DNA from: an uncultured Candidatus Saccharibacteria bacterium | Lineage (GTDB): Bacteria; Patescibacteriota; Minisyncoccia; GWC2-36-17; WO2-46-25 | NCBI GenBank assembly: GCA_964359755.1 | Contig: CAYHUB010000001.1 | Coordinates: forward strand, 39,797-103,796 | DNA length: 64,000 bases | Direction: 5' to 3' | Part shown: positions 47,272 through 56,452 of the stretch, piece by piece | How the letters are laid out: every line of letters starts with the position of its first letter | How positions within the stretch are numbered: the stretch's first letter is position 1 | The notes under the pieces: model-generated | Told to the model about the DNA's origin: nothing | The model's database searches: none | What the model saw: the letters and a program-made list of their open reading frames with translations, nothing else | Position numbers and translations under genes: made by a program

Positions 47272-47431
47272 AGACCTACTGCGCAATAACCTTTCTGCTG
47301 CAATCCCTATATTTCGGCTGCGACTTCACAAAAATTTTTCACCATATACAGCGTATATGCTTCGAAATTCTTGTTTTGTCTCGCTCGAAATCTAATGATT
47401 TCGCTACGAAAATTATTACGCAGTCGGTCTA
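47271..47431. mobile_element. MITE-like element (about 160 bp) with terminal inverted repeats and TA flanks
   Basis: TAGACCTACTGCGCAATAA ... TTATTACGCAGTCGGTCTA (17/19 match); interior self-complementary. Confidence 0.7.
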
Positions 47432-47440
47432 TTCTTTGGT

Positions 47441-48796
47441 ATGCGATTTATCACAATACTACTTCGATTCATTTTTATCCCGGAAGGGGATAGAGCGCGC
47501 GCGGCATATTTATTGCTGGTGGTCGTGATCGCCGCGTTTTTTGCATTTGCGCTTGATTTTCCAGACTATGTACCGCGATTCTGGAACATAGACTTTAAAC
47601 TCGGACTCGACTTGAAGGGCGGAGCGCATCTTGTGTATGTGGCCGATCTTGATTCGGTGGAAAAGGAAGAACAGGCGCAAGCGATGTCCGGCCTGCGCGA
47701 CACGATCGAGCGGAGAGTAAATTCCTTCGGTATCGCCGAACCGAACGTGCAAACCTCATTGGTTGGAGGTGAAAACAGGCTTATCGTTGAGCTCGCCGGA
47801 GTCACTGATGTGAATCGCGCGATCGCGATGATCGGAGAAACGCCCTTTTTGGAATTTAAAGAGGAGCGCGATCCGGCGGAAACTCAGGTGATTCTTGAAG
47901 CGCATAAACAAAATCAGCGGACCACGGAAGACCCGTATTTCATATCAACGGCGCTTACCGGAAAATATCTCAAGCGATCCGAGCTCACCTTTGATCCGAA
48001 TTCGTATAAACCGGTGATCAATTTGAACTTTGATGCGGACGGCACGAAGCTTTTTGAAGAGATCACCACGCGTAACGTGGGCAAACGTGTTGCGATTTAC
48101 TTAGATGGCGGACCTGTCACGGTACCGGTGGTGAATGAACCGATCTCGGCGGGGCAGGCGGTTATTTCTGGTGATTTCTCCGTGGAAGAAGCGCGCACAA
48201 CGGTACAGCGGCTGAACTCGGGAGCATTGCCGGTCCCAATCAAGCTTATCTCTCAGCAAAGCATGGAAGCGTCGCTCGGGCAGATCGCGCTTGAAAAAAG
48301 TTTGAAAGCGGGCATCTATGCGATCATTGCGGTCGGCGTATTTATGATCCTGTGGTATCGGATCCCCGGCATCCTCGCGGTGATCGCGCTCGTCATGTAT
48401 ACGGTCTTTGCACTCGCGGTGTTCAAGCTGTTGTCGGTAACGCTGACGCTCGCGGGCATTGTCGGTTTTATTTTGTCCATCGGTATGGCGGTTGACGCGA
48501 ACATTCTTATTTTTGCCCGTATGCGCGAAGAAGTGCGGGCAGGAAAACGATTTGCTCTTGCGGTGCATGACGGGTTTGCGCGCGCATGGCCATCCATCCG
48601 TGATTCAAACATCTCTACACTCATTACTTGTTTTGTGCTGTATTTCTTCACCGCAAGCTTGGTAAAAGGATTTGCATTAACACTCGCGATTGGCGTGCTG
48701 GTTTCTATGTTTTCTGCTATCTTTATTACACGGTTGCTTTTGAGGGTCTTTATCAGTGAAAAGTTCGGAAAATTTAAATTCTTATGGTACCAATAG
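47441..48796 (+). CDS. secD: Protein translocase subunit SecD
   Basis: LGLDLKGG, RRVN..G..EP, L.SGALP, GMAVDANILIF. Confidence 0.97.
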   Translation: MRFITILLRFIFIPEGDRARAAYLLLVVVIAAFFAFALDFPDYVPRFWNIDFKLGLDLKGGAHLVYVADLDSVEKEEQAQAMSGLRDTIERRVNSFGIAEPNVQTSLVGGENRLIVELAGVTDVNRAIAMIGETPFLEFKEERDPAETQVILEAHKQNQRTTEDPYFISTALTGKYLKRSELTFDPNSYKPVINLNFDADGTKLFEEITTRNVGKRVAIYLDGGPVTVPVVNEPISAGQAVISGDFSVEEARTTVQRLNSGALPVPIKLISQQSMEASLGQIALEKSLKAGIYAIIAVGVFMILWYRIPGILAVIALVMYTVFALAVFKLLSVTLTLAGIVGFILSIGMAVDANILIFARMREEVRAGKRFALAVHDGFARAWPSIRDSNISTLITCFVLYFFTASLVKGFALTLAIGVLVSMFSAIFITRLLLRVFISEKFGKFKFLWYQ

Positions 48797-49701
48797 TCCG
48801 TTATCGAAAATTGTATTATGCGTTTTCAGGAACGCTTATTGCCCTGAGTATTGCGGCGCTTATGATGTGGGGGCTGAAGTTCGGCATCGATTTCAAAGGC
48901 GGTTCATTGCTTATCGGTGAATTTGCAACAACCGTTCCGGCAAACCAAGAGATCGCGGATGCGTTAACAGCGCTTGATCTCGGCGAAATAGTTGTTCAGC
49001 AGACCGGAGAAAAAGGGGTAATGCTCCGATTCAAAGATGTTGACGAGCAAACCCACCAGCATATTATTACCACGCTTGCAGAATTTGCCCACAAGCAGGG
49101 TTCCGAAAATAACTTCACGCAAAGGAGCTTTGAATCCATCGGCCCCTCCATCGGCAAGGAGCTTCGCACAAAGGCAATCACCGCGACCGCGATCGTGCTC
49201 GTCTTAATCATCGGGTATGTTTCGCTTGCATTCCGAAAGGTTTCGTATCCGCTATCATCTTGGAAATACGGCATCGCAACACTTATTGCGTTGTTTCATG
49301 ATGTTATTATTCCACTCGGAGTTTTTGCGGCGCTCGGACATTTTTATAACGTAGAGATATCAAGCGCATTTATTGCTGCCATCCTTACGGTGCTCGGGTA
49401 TTCGGTGCATGATTCAATCATCGTCTTTGATCGCGTGCGCGAGAATTTGCTCAAACATCACGGAAAGACATTCGATGAAACGGTAAATATTTCGGTAAAC
49501 CAAACATTCATTCGTTCATTAAATACTTCTCTCACAGTTATTTTGGTGTTGCTTGCGATTTATTTTTACGGCGGGGAAAGTATTAAATATCTCGCATTGA
49601 TGCTATTGCTGGGCATTGGCGTAGGAACGTATTCATCTATTTTCATCGGAAGCACTATTTTGACAAGCTGGTACGCGCGCATGATGAGTCAGAAAAAATA
49701 A
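48784..49701 (+). CDS. secF: Protein translocase subunit SecF
   Basis: GIDFKGG, IGPSIG.EL, HD, GYSV.D.I.VFDR.RE, GTYSSIF. Confidence 0.97.
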   Translation: MVPIVRYRKLYYAFSGTLIALSIAALMMWGLKFGIDFKGGSLLIGEFATTVPANQEIADALTALDLGEIVVQQTGEKGVMLRFKDVDEQTHQHIITTLAEFAHKQGSENNFTQRSFESIGPSIGKELRTKAITATAIVLVLIIGYVSLAFRKVSYPLSSWKYGIATLIALFHDVIIPLGVFAALGHFYNVEISSAFIAAILTVLGYSVHDSIIVFDRVRENLLKHHGKTFDETVNISVNQTFIRSLNTSLTVILVLLAIYFYGGESIKYLALMLLLGIGVGTYSSIFIGSTILTSWYARMMSQKK

Positions 49702-49717
49702 TTTTCTATAGCATACG

Positions 49718-49750
49718 AAAAAAAAGGGCTCATGGCGAGCCCTTTTTTTT
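49718..49750. terminator. Bidirectional terminator
   Basis: A8-GGGCTC-loop-GAGCCC-T8. Confidence 0.85.
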
Positions 49751-50114
49751 ATTGCGCAATCGGCATTTTTATGACGATGCCTCCGATAGTGAATGATATT
49801 TCCTTTATCGGCGGATGTACGCTTTTTAATATCTTGGTTTTAGTGGAGCGAATCTTAGTAGTAACATCCAACACCAGTTTTTTATCTACCCGAAACCTTT
49901 CGCAGATTTTGAGCAATGGCAGACGTCCATTATCCCATGCGCCACAGCACCACCGCGCTTTCTTCTTTGGATGTTCCGTGTAATTCGCTCCAAGACAAAA
50001 GTTGCAGAATCCAAAACGTTCAAAACCTCTGAGAAGAGATGTCGCATGCGCCCTATTCAGCCTGTTGGCCGCAAAAAACATCCCTTCAAAATCAAATCCC
50101 TTCACTTTCTCCAT
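49749..50114 (-). CDS. Basic Cys-containing hypothetical protein (about 121 aa)
   Basis: SD GGAGGTGG; own promoter; CxxC...CC...C. Confidence 0.6.
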   Translation of the reverse strand: MEKVKGFDFEGMFFAANRLNRAHATSLLRGFERFGFCNFCLGANYTEHPKKKARWCCGAWDNGRLPLLKICERFRVDKKLVLDVTTKIRSTKTKILKSVHPPIKEISFTIGGIVIKMPIAQ

Positions 50115-50155
50115 CATCCACCTCCATATTTTGTTAAAAAGCAATAGTTTTAGCT

Positions 50156-50183
50156 ATTATACGGAAACACCCTCTAATGTCAA
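50156..50183 (-). promoter_or_regulatory. Consensus sigma70 promoter
   Basis: TTGACA-16nt-TATAAT. Confidence 0.75.
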
Positions 50184-50188
50184 TATCC

Positions 50189-52369
50189 TCATTCTAAATG
50201 CACTTTTTCGGTGAACACGGAAAGGTGCGCAAGAAGTGTCGGGTGTTTTTGCAAGGTCGGGTCTTTTGAAAGTATGCGAAGCGCCTCTTCGCGCGCCGCT
50301 TTAATGAGAGAAACATCGGAAAGTGATGCCATCGCAAGATCGGGCGCGCCCCATTGGCGCGTACCGAGAAAATCGCCGGGACCGCGTATCGCGAGATCTT
50401 TTTCGGCAAGAAGAAAGCCGTCGTTGCACTCAAGAAGCGCCTTGAGGCGACGGCTGACGCTCTGCGACTCTTCGTCCTGAAATAAAAGGCAGTATGATTG
50501 ATGTTCGCTTCTCCCTACGCGACCGCGAAACTGATGGAGCTGTGCAAGGCCGAACTGCTCGGCGCCTTCAATAGCCATGACGGAAGCATTTGGCACATCG
50601 ACGCCGACCTCAACCACCGATGTTGATACCAAAATATCAAGCTCGTGCGTCTTGAATTTTTTCATGACCGCTTCCTTTTCTTTCGCTTTCATTTTTCCGT
50701 GTAGCATACCGACGCGGCATGCCGGGAAAATTTCCTGTGAAAGTTTTTCATATTCCTTCTTCACCGCCTTCACTTCTTTTCGCGCCATTTCCTCGAAGGT
50801 GAATTGGCGCGGCGTCATCATGACTGCGTCATCGCTAAACTCGTGTTCAATGCGCGGACAAATGACGAATATCTGACGCCCGGATTTCACTTGTTCCTCC
50901 ATGAAAACATATGCTGCGTTGCGCCCGGCGGGGGATATGAGTTTTGTGAGGATCGCTTTTCTGTTTTTTGGCATTTCATTGAGCAGAGAAATATCGAGAT
51001 CGCCATACGCGGTAAGCGTCAGCGTGCGGGGAATCGGCGTTGCGGTCATGCTTAAAAAGTGCGGGATAAGCGGTCTGCGCAGGGCGGTGCCGATACTGCG
51101 ATGCTGTGCCAGCTGCGCGCGCTGTTTGACGCCAAACCGATGCTGTTCATCGAGTACGATAAGTCCGAGCGAATAAAAAGAAAGCTCGTTTGCGATAAGC
51201 GCATGGGTGCCGATGATGATCTTCAAACTTCCCGAGCGCACCGTCGCAAGAAGATCCGCTTTTTTCATCGCATGCGTAGTTTTTAATTCTGCGTCGTACA
51301 TGACCGCGCCGCTGCCGGTCAGCAAGCCGACGTTTATAGTAAACGGTTCAAACAACCTTGAAAGGCTTGCAAAGTGCTGTGACGCAAGCACTTCGGTGGG
51401 CGCCATAATGACGCTCTGCCATCCGTTTTCTGCGGCAGTATACATCGCGATAGCGGCAACGACCGTTTTCCCCGAACCTACATCGCCTTCAAGCAGGCGG
51501 TTCATAGGGTGCCCGCGCTCCATGTCCTGCACGATCTCCCACGCCGCTTTTCGCTGTGCGTTGGTCAGGGAAAAGGGGAGTGTGCCGACAAATGTTTTTA
51601 TCTTTTCAATATGAATGGAAATCTTCGGCGCGTCCGCTTGCTTCATGGTTTCCCGCGCGCGCAGGGTGAGCAGTTGCATAAAAAACACTTCTTCAAATGC
51701 AAGCCGTTTGCGCGCAAGCGTGGCCTCTTTTTCCGTTTTGGGAAAGTGAATACTCACAAGCGCCGCAAAACGAGCAGGGAAGTGCTGGCGCTTGATAATA
51801 TCATCAGGAAGTGTTTCGGGCGCTTCTGTGACAACAGCAAATGCGTTCTTCATGAGATATCTGAGCCACCGGGAGGTGATTCCTGCCGTTTCGCGATATA
51901 CCGGCACCAAGCGACCGGTATGCGTTGTCGTATTTGTTTTTCCGACTATTTCGTGCGCGGGATTTTGCATCGTAAGACCGCTTCTGTCGGACATACTTAT
52001 TTTTCCCGACAAGCTCACTGTTTTTCCCTGCGCCAATGTTTGCGTAAGAAACGGCTGGTTAAACCACACCGCCTCCAATTCGCCGCTTCCGTCGGAAATG
52101 GTCGCGTGCGTGATATGCATATGACGCTTCCATGAGCGCGCATTTTCGATCGATCGTATCACTCCCTGTACGGTTACCGTTTCGCCGACCTGCGCGTCCG
52201 CAATGCGCGTGGTATGCGAAAAATCGTCATAGCGCGTCGGGACATGGAGCAGCAGATCAGCATAGGTAGTAATGCCTAGATTTTTAAGCGGCTTAAGGAT
52301 GGTTGCACTCGCTCCTTTGAGCCGCTCAATAGGTGTATTTATTTGTATCGGTGATGCGCGAAGTGCCAT
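50189..52369 (-). CDS. recG: ATP-dependent DNA helicase RecG
   Basis: WFNQP, GDVGSGKT, DEQHRFGV.QR, MTATPIPRT, QLHQ.RGRVGR, RGPG. Confidence 0.97.
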   Translation of the reverse strand: MALRASPIQINTPIERLKGASATILKPLKNLGITTYADLLLHVPTRYDDFSHTTRIADAQVGETVTVQGVIRSIENARSWKRHMHITHATISDGSGELEAVWFNQPFLTQTLAQGKTVSLSGKISMSDRSGLTMQNPAHEIVGKTNTTTHTGRLVPVYRETAGITSRWLRYLMKNAFAVVTEAPETLPDDIIKRQHFPARFAALVSIHFPKTEKEATLARKRLAFEEVFFMQLLTLRARETMKQADAPKISIHIEKIKTFVGTLPFSLTNAQRKAAWEIVQDMERGHPMNRLLEGDVGSGKTVVAAIAMYTAAENGWQSVIMAPTEVLASQHFASLSRLFEPFTINVGLLTGSGAVMYDAELKTTHAMKKADLLATVRSGSLKIIIGTHALIANELSFYSLGLIVLDEQHRFGVKQRAQLAQHRSIGTALRRPLIPHFLSMTATPIPRTLTLTAYGDLDISLLNEMPKNRKAILTKLISPAGRNAAYVFMEEQVKSGRQIFVICPRIEHEFSDDAVMMTPRQFTFEEMARKEVKAVKKEYEKLSQEIFPACRVGMLHGKMKAKEKEAVMKKFKTHELDILVSTSVVEVGVDVPNASVMAIEGAEQFGLAQLHQFRGRVGRSEHQSYCLLFQDEESQSVSRRLKALLECNDGFLLAEKDLAIRGPGDFLGTRQWGAPDLAMASLSDVSLIKAAREEALRILSKDPTLQKHPTLLAHLSVFTEKVHLE

Positions 52370-52424
52370 TGTTTCACTATATCACTTTGGTATGGTATAA
52401 TAAACCTCAGAAAATAAATTATCT

Positions 52425-52937
52425 ATGGAAATATCACAAAAGAAACAAATCATCGGACTTGCGGTTTTTGTAGCGGTCATTGTAGGGCTCGGATTCCTTT
52501 TAAGTGTTTTTCTGAAACAAGAGGAAGCGCCTCAACCATCTGGGCAGCCGACAACCGAGAAAGGCCAGCAGGAAGCGACTGCAAAGCTCCTTGCGACCGA
52601 CCCGTCAGACCCTTCGCATATCAATAATATAAAATATATTCAGGAAGGGTTAGAAAAGTATTACAACGACAAAAGCGCGTACCCCAAGAAGCTTGACGAG
52701 TTGGTACCGCTCTATGCGCGCATTTTGCCGAAATACTCATCATCGCGGGACTATTTCTACGCGTATTATCCAAAAGACAAACCAACGGCGTATCATATAG
52801 GCACATTGCTTGGCGGCAGAAACCAGGCATCGCCGGAAGCATTTGCAAAAGATGCAGATCTTAACTCAGAAAAAGTGGGATATGTCGGCGGCTTCAACGG
52901 CGCAGACCCCATCTACGATCTCAAGGGAGGGAAATAG
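52425..52937 (+). CDS. Membrane-anchored protein with a GspG/pilin-like globular domain
   Basis: N-terminal TM; I...LE.YY.D...YP..L.EL.P.Y...LP. Confidence 0.55.
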   Translation: MEISQKKQIIGLAVFVAVIVGLGFLLSVFLKQEEAPQPSGQPTTEKGQQEATAKLLATDPSDPSHINNIKYIQEGLEKYYNDKSAYPKKLDELVPLYARILPKYSSSRDYFYAYYPKDKPTAYHIGTLLGGRNQASPEAFAKDADLNSEKVGYVGGFNGADPIYDLKGGK

Positions 52938-53127
52938 TTCTCCTACCACACACTCCTCTGTTTCTTATTTTTCCGACAAGGGGAGTATGTGAATTACTTC
53001 CTAAACCTATCCTGTCGCAAAAGATATAATGTGCGACGCATATGATAGAAATAGATAAAAGAAAAGAAGGCCTTTTTATAGGCCTCCCTCCTTCCTACGA
53101 CGCACCATATTGCCCTCAGAGCGATTA

Positions 53128-53649
53128 TTATTGCGCCTTGATGATATCCACCGCACGCTGATACGCGTTCTGTGTAATACTTAATACATCCTGTAGTGGT
53201 CCTTTTACCGAGTCGGGCGCTTTCTCAAGTATTAGGGTCAGCGACTCTTGTTGTTTAGCTACGACGGCGCTTGCCCTTTGTGCGAGCGCTTTTGCCTGTG
53301 CGTCGGCGGCATCACTAGCTTTTTGCTTCAAGCTTGCTATTACATCATCAGCAAGCTTGGTGTAGCCGGCTTTTACCTTTTCAACATTCTCCTGACTCAT
53401 TTTTTGCAAACGCTCAAGATCAGAAAGCTCGTCTAAACGCTCCTGCATGAGTTTGAGTTTAAGCTCCACCTTCTTCGTCTCGTCGCGCGTAAGCACGTTC
53501 AGCTCTACCCATTCTGCGGCCGTATCAAGAAAATACGTTATACTATCAGGACCAACGCCACCGGTGGCGGTATCTTCCCCGACATAATAAGCGGTGCCGA
53601 CAAAGAATGCTCCAAATATCGCAAGCCCTAAAAGTATTAGTTTGATCAT
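53128..53649 (-). CDS. DUF5667-like secreted helical protein
   Basis: PDS..YFL....E.V.L......KK..L.L....ERL.E. Confidence 0.65.
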   Translation of the reverse strand: MIKLILLGLAIFGAFFVGTAYYVGEDTATGGVGPDSITYFLDTAAEWVELNVLTRDETKKVELKLKLMQERLDELSDLERLQKMSQENVEKVKAGYTKLADDVIASLKQKASDAADAQAKALAQRASAVVAKQQESLTLILEKAPDSVKGPLQDVLSITQNAYQRAVDIIKAQ

Positions 53650-53713
53650 ATAACATCTATAATACCATATTATCCTGTGATTTTCGAGTCCTATCCCCTA
53701 CTTCTCGTGCTAT

Positions 53714-53750
53714 AAATAAAAGGGCGCCGTAATTGCTACGGCGCCTTTCT
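53714..53750 (-). terminator. Intrinsic terminator
   Basis: GGCGCCGTA-loop-TACGGCGCC with A/T flanks. Confidence 0.75.
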
Positions 53751-53776
53751 TCTTTAAAAGCAAATTAGAATTCCAA

Positions 53777-54499
53777 CTAATCTGCTCCTTTAAAAACTGT
53801 TTGGTACATGGAGATTACGACTTGAAACCCGAAACTGAGTGCCATAATGGCGCCGCTTACGTAAACCACATACGCGAAGAGCGGCAAGTAAAACTTAGTG
53901 AGCCACCATGAAATAATGTCTATTATGATTACGGCAAAGGGCAACGCAATCAAAAGACTCTTCCTTTTTTCATTCATATCTACATGTATGAATATTCTAT
54001 TTACGATGTAGAAGATAAATGCAAGTCCAAAAAGGTGAATATGGGAAACCTTCATCAGGGAGTGTTCACTTGTTCCGGTATCTTTTACCATTAACGCGGT
54101 AATGTTCTCGTAGCTACTGAGAGCCACTGAGTTTGTGGAGCCGTCATGACAGAATAAACAGCGGCTTTTGATCACGCCATCGATGTGCGCCGCATATTTT
54201 TCTTTGTCGGCTCCTTCCTTTGCCCACTGCAAAATAATATCTCTTTCCAACGGAAGGAGATTATTTGCCATGATTCCTCCTTCAGACAACGCTGATTCCA
54301 GCGTTGATTTCTTACCGTTCCCCCGGTACGCGATCTTTATGTCTTCCGGTGATAATCCTTTTATCCCGTCTTTTCCTCCGTGCGACTCAAGCGTGTACAA
54401 AAGCGCGAAGAAATAGCCGAGTGAAAGAACCACGAGCACCCCAAAATAATACATCCTCTTACTTGGGGATAAATCCTGAAACGTCCTGTCTTTCTTCAT
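53777..54499 (-). CDS. Membrane protein with a single CxxCH (putative c-type cytochrome)
   Basis: TM, soluble loop with CLFCH (54146-54160), then SHIHLFG and 3 TMs; SD AGGAGGAGG. Confidence 0.7.
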   Translation of the reverse strand: MKKDRTFQDLSPSKRMYYFGVLVVLSLGYFFALLYTLESHGGKDGIKGLSPEDIKIAYRGNGKKSTLESALSEGGIMANNLLPLERDIILQWAKEGADKEKYAAHIDGVIKSRCLFCHDGSTNSVALSSYENITALMVKDTGTSEHSLMKVSHIHLFGLAFIFYIVNRIFIHVDMNEKRKSLLIALPFAVIIIDIISWWLTKFYLPLFAYVVYVSGAIMALSFGFQVVISMYQTVFKGAD

Positions 54500-54789
54500 C
54501 TTAATCCTCCTCCTTGTTTTGTAGTTACTTTTTTTATCGCGCGAAAACCTCGTGCGAGTTTTGAGAAAAGATAATTGAGTCCGAAAATCACCTCACAAGC
54601 ACCCAAAACAATTACCATCGTTAAGGTGACCCCGAAGAATGGGCTCATCAAACCGATGCCTAAAAAAAGTAACTGTCTTATCGGAACAGACCCCCCCGCG
54701 AGATACAACCCCAACAAAAATCCTCCGATAGGCACCATGGCAAAAAGCGACCATCCCGCAAACAACTTCCATTTCCTTTTCCACCGCAT
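54496..54789 (-). CDS. Small membrane protein (97 aa)
   Basis: Hydrophobic ORF; SD AAGGAGG; ATGA overlap with the downstream gene. Confidence 0.65.
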   Translation of the reverse strand: MRWKRKWKLFAGWSLFAMVPIGGFLLGLYLAGGSVPIRQLLFLGIGLMSPFFGVTLTMVIVLGACEVIFGLNYLFSKLARGFRAIKKVTTKQGGGLR

Positions 54790-54832
54790 GATTCTCCCCT
54801 CCTTGTATTGAAATTTTAACGAACAAGGTCGA

Positions 54833-54861
54833 AATATATCAGAACACCTTCAAGTAGTCAA
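54833..54861 (-). promoter_or_regulatory. Sigma70 promoter
   Basis: TTGACT-17nt-TATATT with TG extension. Confidence 0.65.
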
Positions 54862-54898
54862 CTGTTGAGCTTATGCGATAAACTACCCGCCTATTTTT

Positions 54899-56449
54899 CT
54901 ACATTCCCTGCAACACAGAGAGTGCTTTATCCAATTGAGGGTCGCGGCCGGCTTGGCGGTCTTCATCGGTGAGAGGAAGCACGATATCAGGGTCGATGCC
55001 GTGTTCTTCAAACGCCTTTCCTGATGGGCGCAGCCATTGGGCGGTGGTGATCTTCATCGTGGTACCGCCCGCAAGCCGTATCACCTCTTGAATAGTCCCC
55101 TTTCCGAACGACTTCTCGCCTATCAGTGTCGCTCCTTTTGAATCCTTCAGCGCGCCCGCAAGTATCTCTGACGCGGACGCGGAACCGCCGTTAATAAGCA
55201 CGACAACTGCCATATTTTCTGCAATGCCGCCTCCGGGCGAGATGAATTCGTTTTTATCTTTTCCTGCGCCGAAATCGGCGCTCACGATGATCTTTCCCTT
55301 CGGCACGAATTGCGCGGCGATATTGATAGACGCGTCAAGTAAACCACCCGGATTGTCGCGCAGATCAATGATAAGTTTTTTCGCGCCATCCGCTTGCGCT
55401 TCTTTGAGCGCATTAATGAAGTCGTATTCGACACCGCCAAAGAAATTGTGGATCTTGATATAGGCGATGTCGTTAGTTTTTTTGCTCCACTTTATCGTCG
55501 GGACCTTGATGGTCTCGCGCACGATGCGAAACTCCAGCAACGCGTCGGTGCCGAGCCGTTCTATAAGAAGCTTCACCTCCGTACCTTTTTCTCCGCGGAT
55601 ATGCGTTACCGCGTCTTCCACGGTCATGTCTATCGTGGACTGGTCGTTTATCTTCACTATCTTATCCCCTGCTCTAATGCCCGCGCGCTCAGCCGGCATC
55701 CCCGAAAGCGGCGCGACCACCACCACGCCTTTTTTATACCCAAGCTCCGCGCCGATGCCGCCAAACTCGCCCGCGACATCTTCCGCGAATTTCTTTGATT
55801 CTTCCTGTTTAAACAGCACGCTATAGGGGTCGCCGAGCGACTTAAGCACGCCTTCTGCGGCTCCCTGTACCATTTTCTGCTGGTCAAGCGTGGTGCTGTT
55901 CTTATGCTTTTCTATAACAGTTTTCCATACATTCCATAGCAAACCAAAATCAACTCCCGCGGGCACATCAGAATATGCGGGAATAGGGGTTATCTCAAGC
56001 GTGACGGTTGCGCCCTCCGAAGAAGATATTTTATCTGCGACATCGGCGCCGTCTTTGTAGTGGCTAAAGTCAACCGCATTGACCGGTTTTATTGCGTTCC
56101 AGTTGAAATTATTTGCATTGAACGCTTCAGGCGTGCGCACCCATCGCTTCTCTTCTCCCCGTACATGATATACTTTTGTGTCACCAGTCGGCTTGACCGC
56201 CTGAACATCGGGATACGCATTGAGCGTGGCGGGCGCGACCTCTTTTACATCTGCCCATTTGAATTTATACGAATTGAAAATTTCCGCGGTGCGCAGCCAA
56301 TATTTCTGCCCGTGAAAAAGCACGAATGTTTTTGACTCTCCTTGAGCGCGGATAAGCGCACCATCAGAAAGCGTCTGCGCGGATACCGTATACGGGAAAA
56401 CAACGAATGCGCTTACGAGAACAATACCGACAATTATTTTTTTGATCAT
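54899..56449 (-). CDS. S41A carboxy-terminal processing protease with two N-terminal repeats
   Basis: DPYS, GIGAE (PDZ), DLRDNPGG, SASASEI, FGKG.IQ. Confidence 0.93.
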   Translation of the reverse strand: MIKKIIVGIVLVSAFVVFPYTVSAQTLSDGALIRAQGESKTFVLFHGQKYWLRTAEIFNSYKFKWADVKEVAPATLNAYPDVQAVKPTGDTKVYHVRGEEKRWVRTPEAFNANNFNWNAIKPVNAVDFSHYKDGADVADKISSSEGATVTLEITPIPAYSDVPAGVDFGLLWNVWKTVIEKHKNSTTLDQQKMVQGAAEGVLKSLGDPYSVLFKQEESKKFAEDVAGEFGGIGAELGYKKGVVVVAPLSGMPAERAGIRAGDKIVKINDQSTIDMTVEDAVTHIRGEKGTEVKLLIERLGTDALLEFRIVRETIKVPTIKWSKKTNDIAYIKIHNFFGGVEYDFINALKEAQADGAKKLIIDLRDNPGGLLDASINIAAQFVPKGKIIVSADFGAGKDKNEFISPGGGIAENMAVVVLINGGSASASEILAGALKDSKGATLIGEKSFGKGTIQEVIRLAGGTTMKITTAQWLRPSGKAFEEHGIDPDIVLPLTDEDRQAGRDPQLDKALSVLQGM

Positions 56450-56452
56450 ATA

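Noticed and set aside
47084-47395. 103-aa ORF upstream of secD
   Set aside because: Crosses a terminator, a promoter and the MITE-like element; no coding signals.
52938-53127. Possible ncRNA in an intergenic region with three weak hairpins
   Set aside because: The stems are short or imperfect, match no family I recognise, and may just terminate convergent genes.
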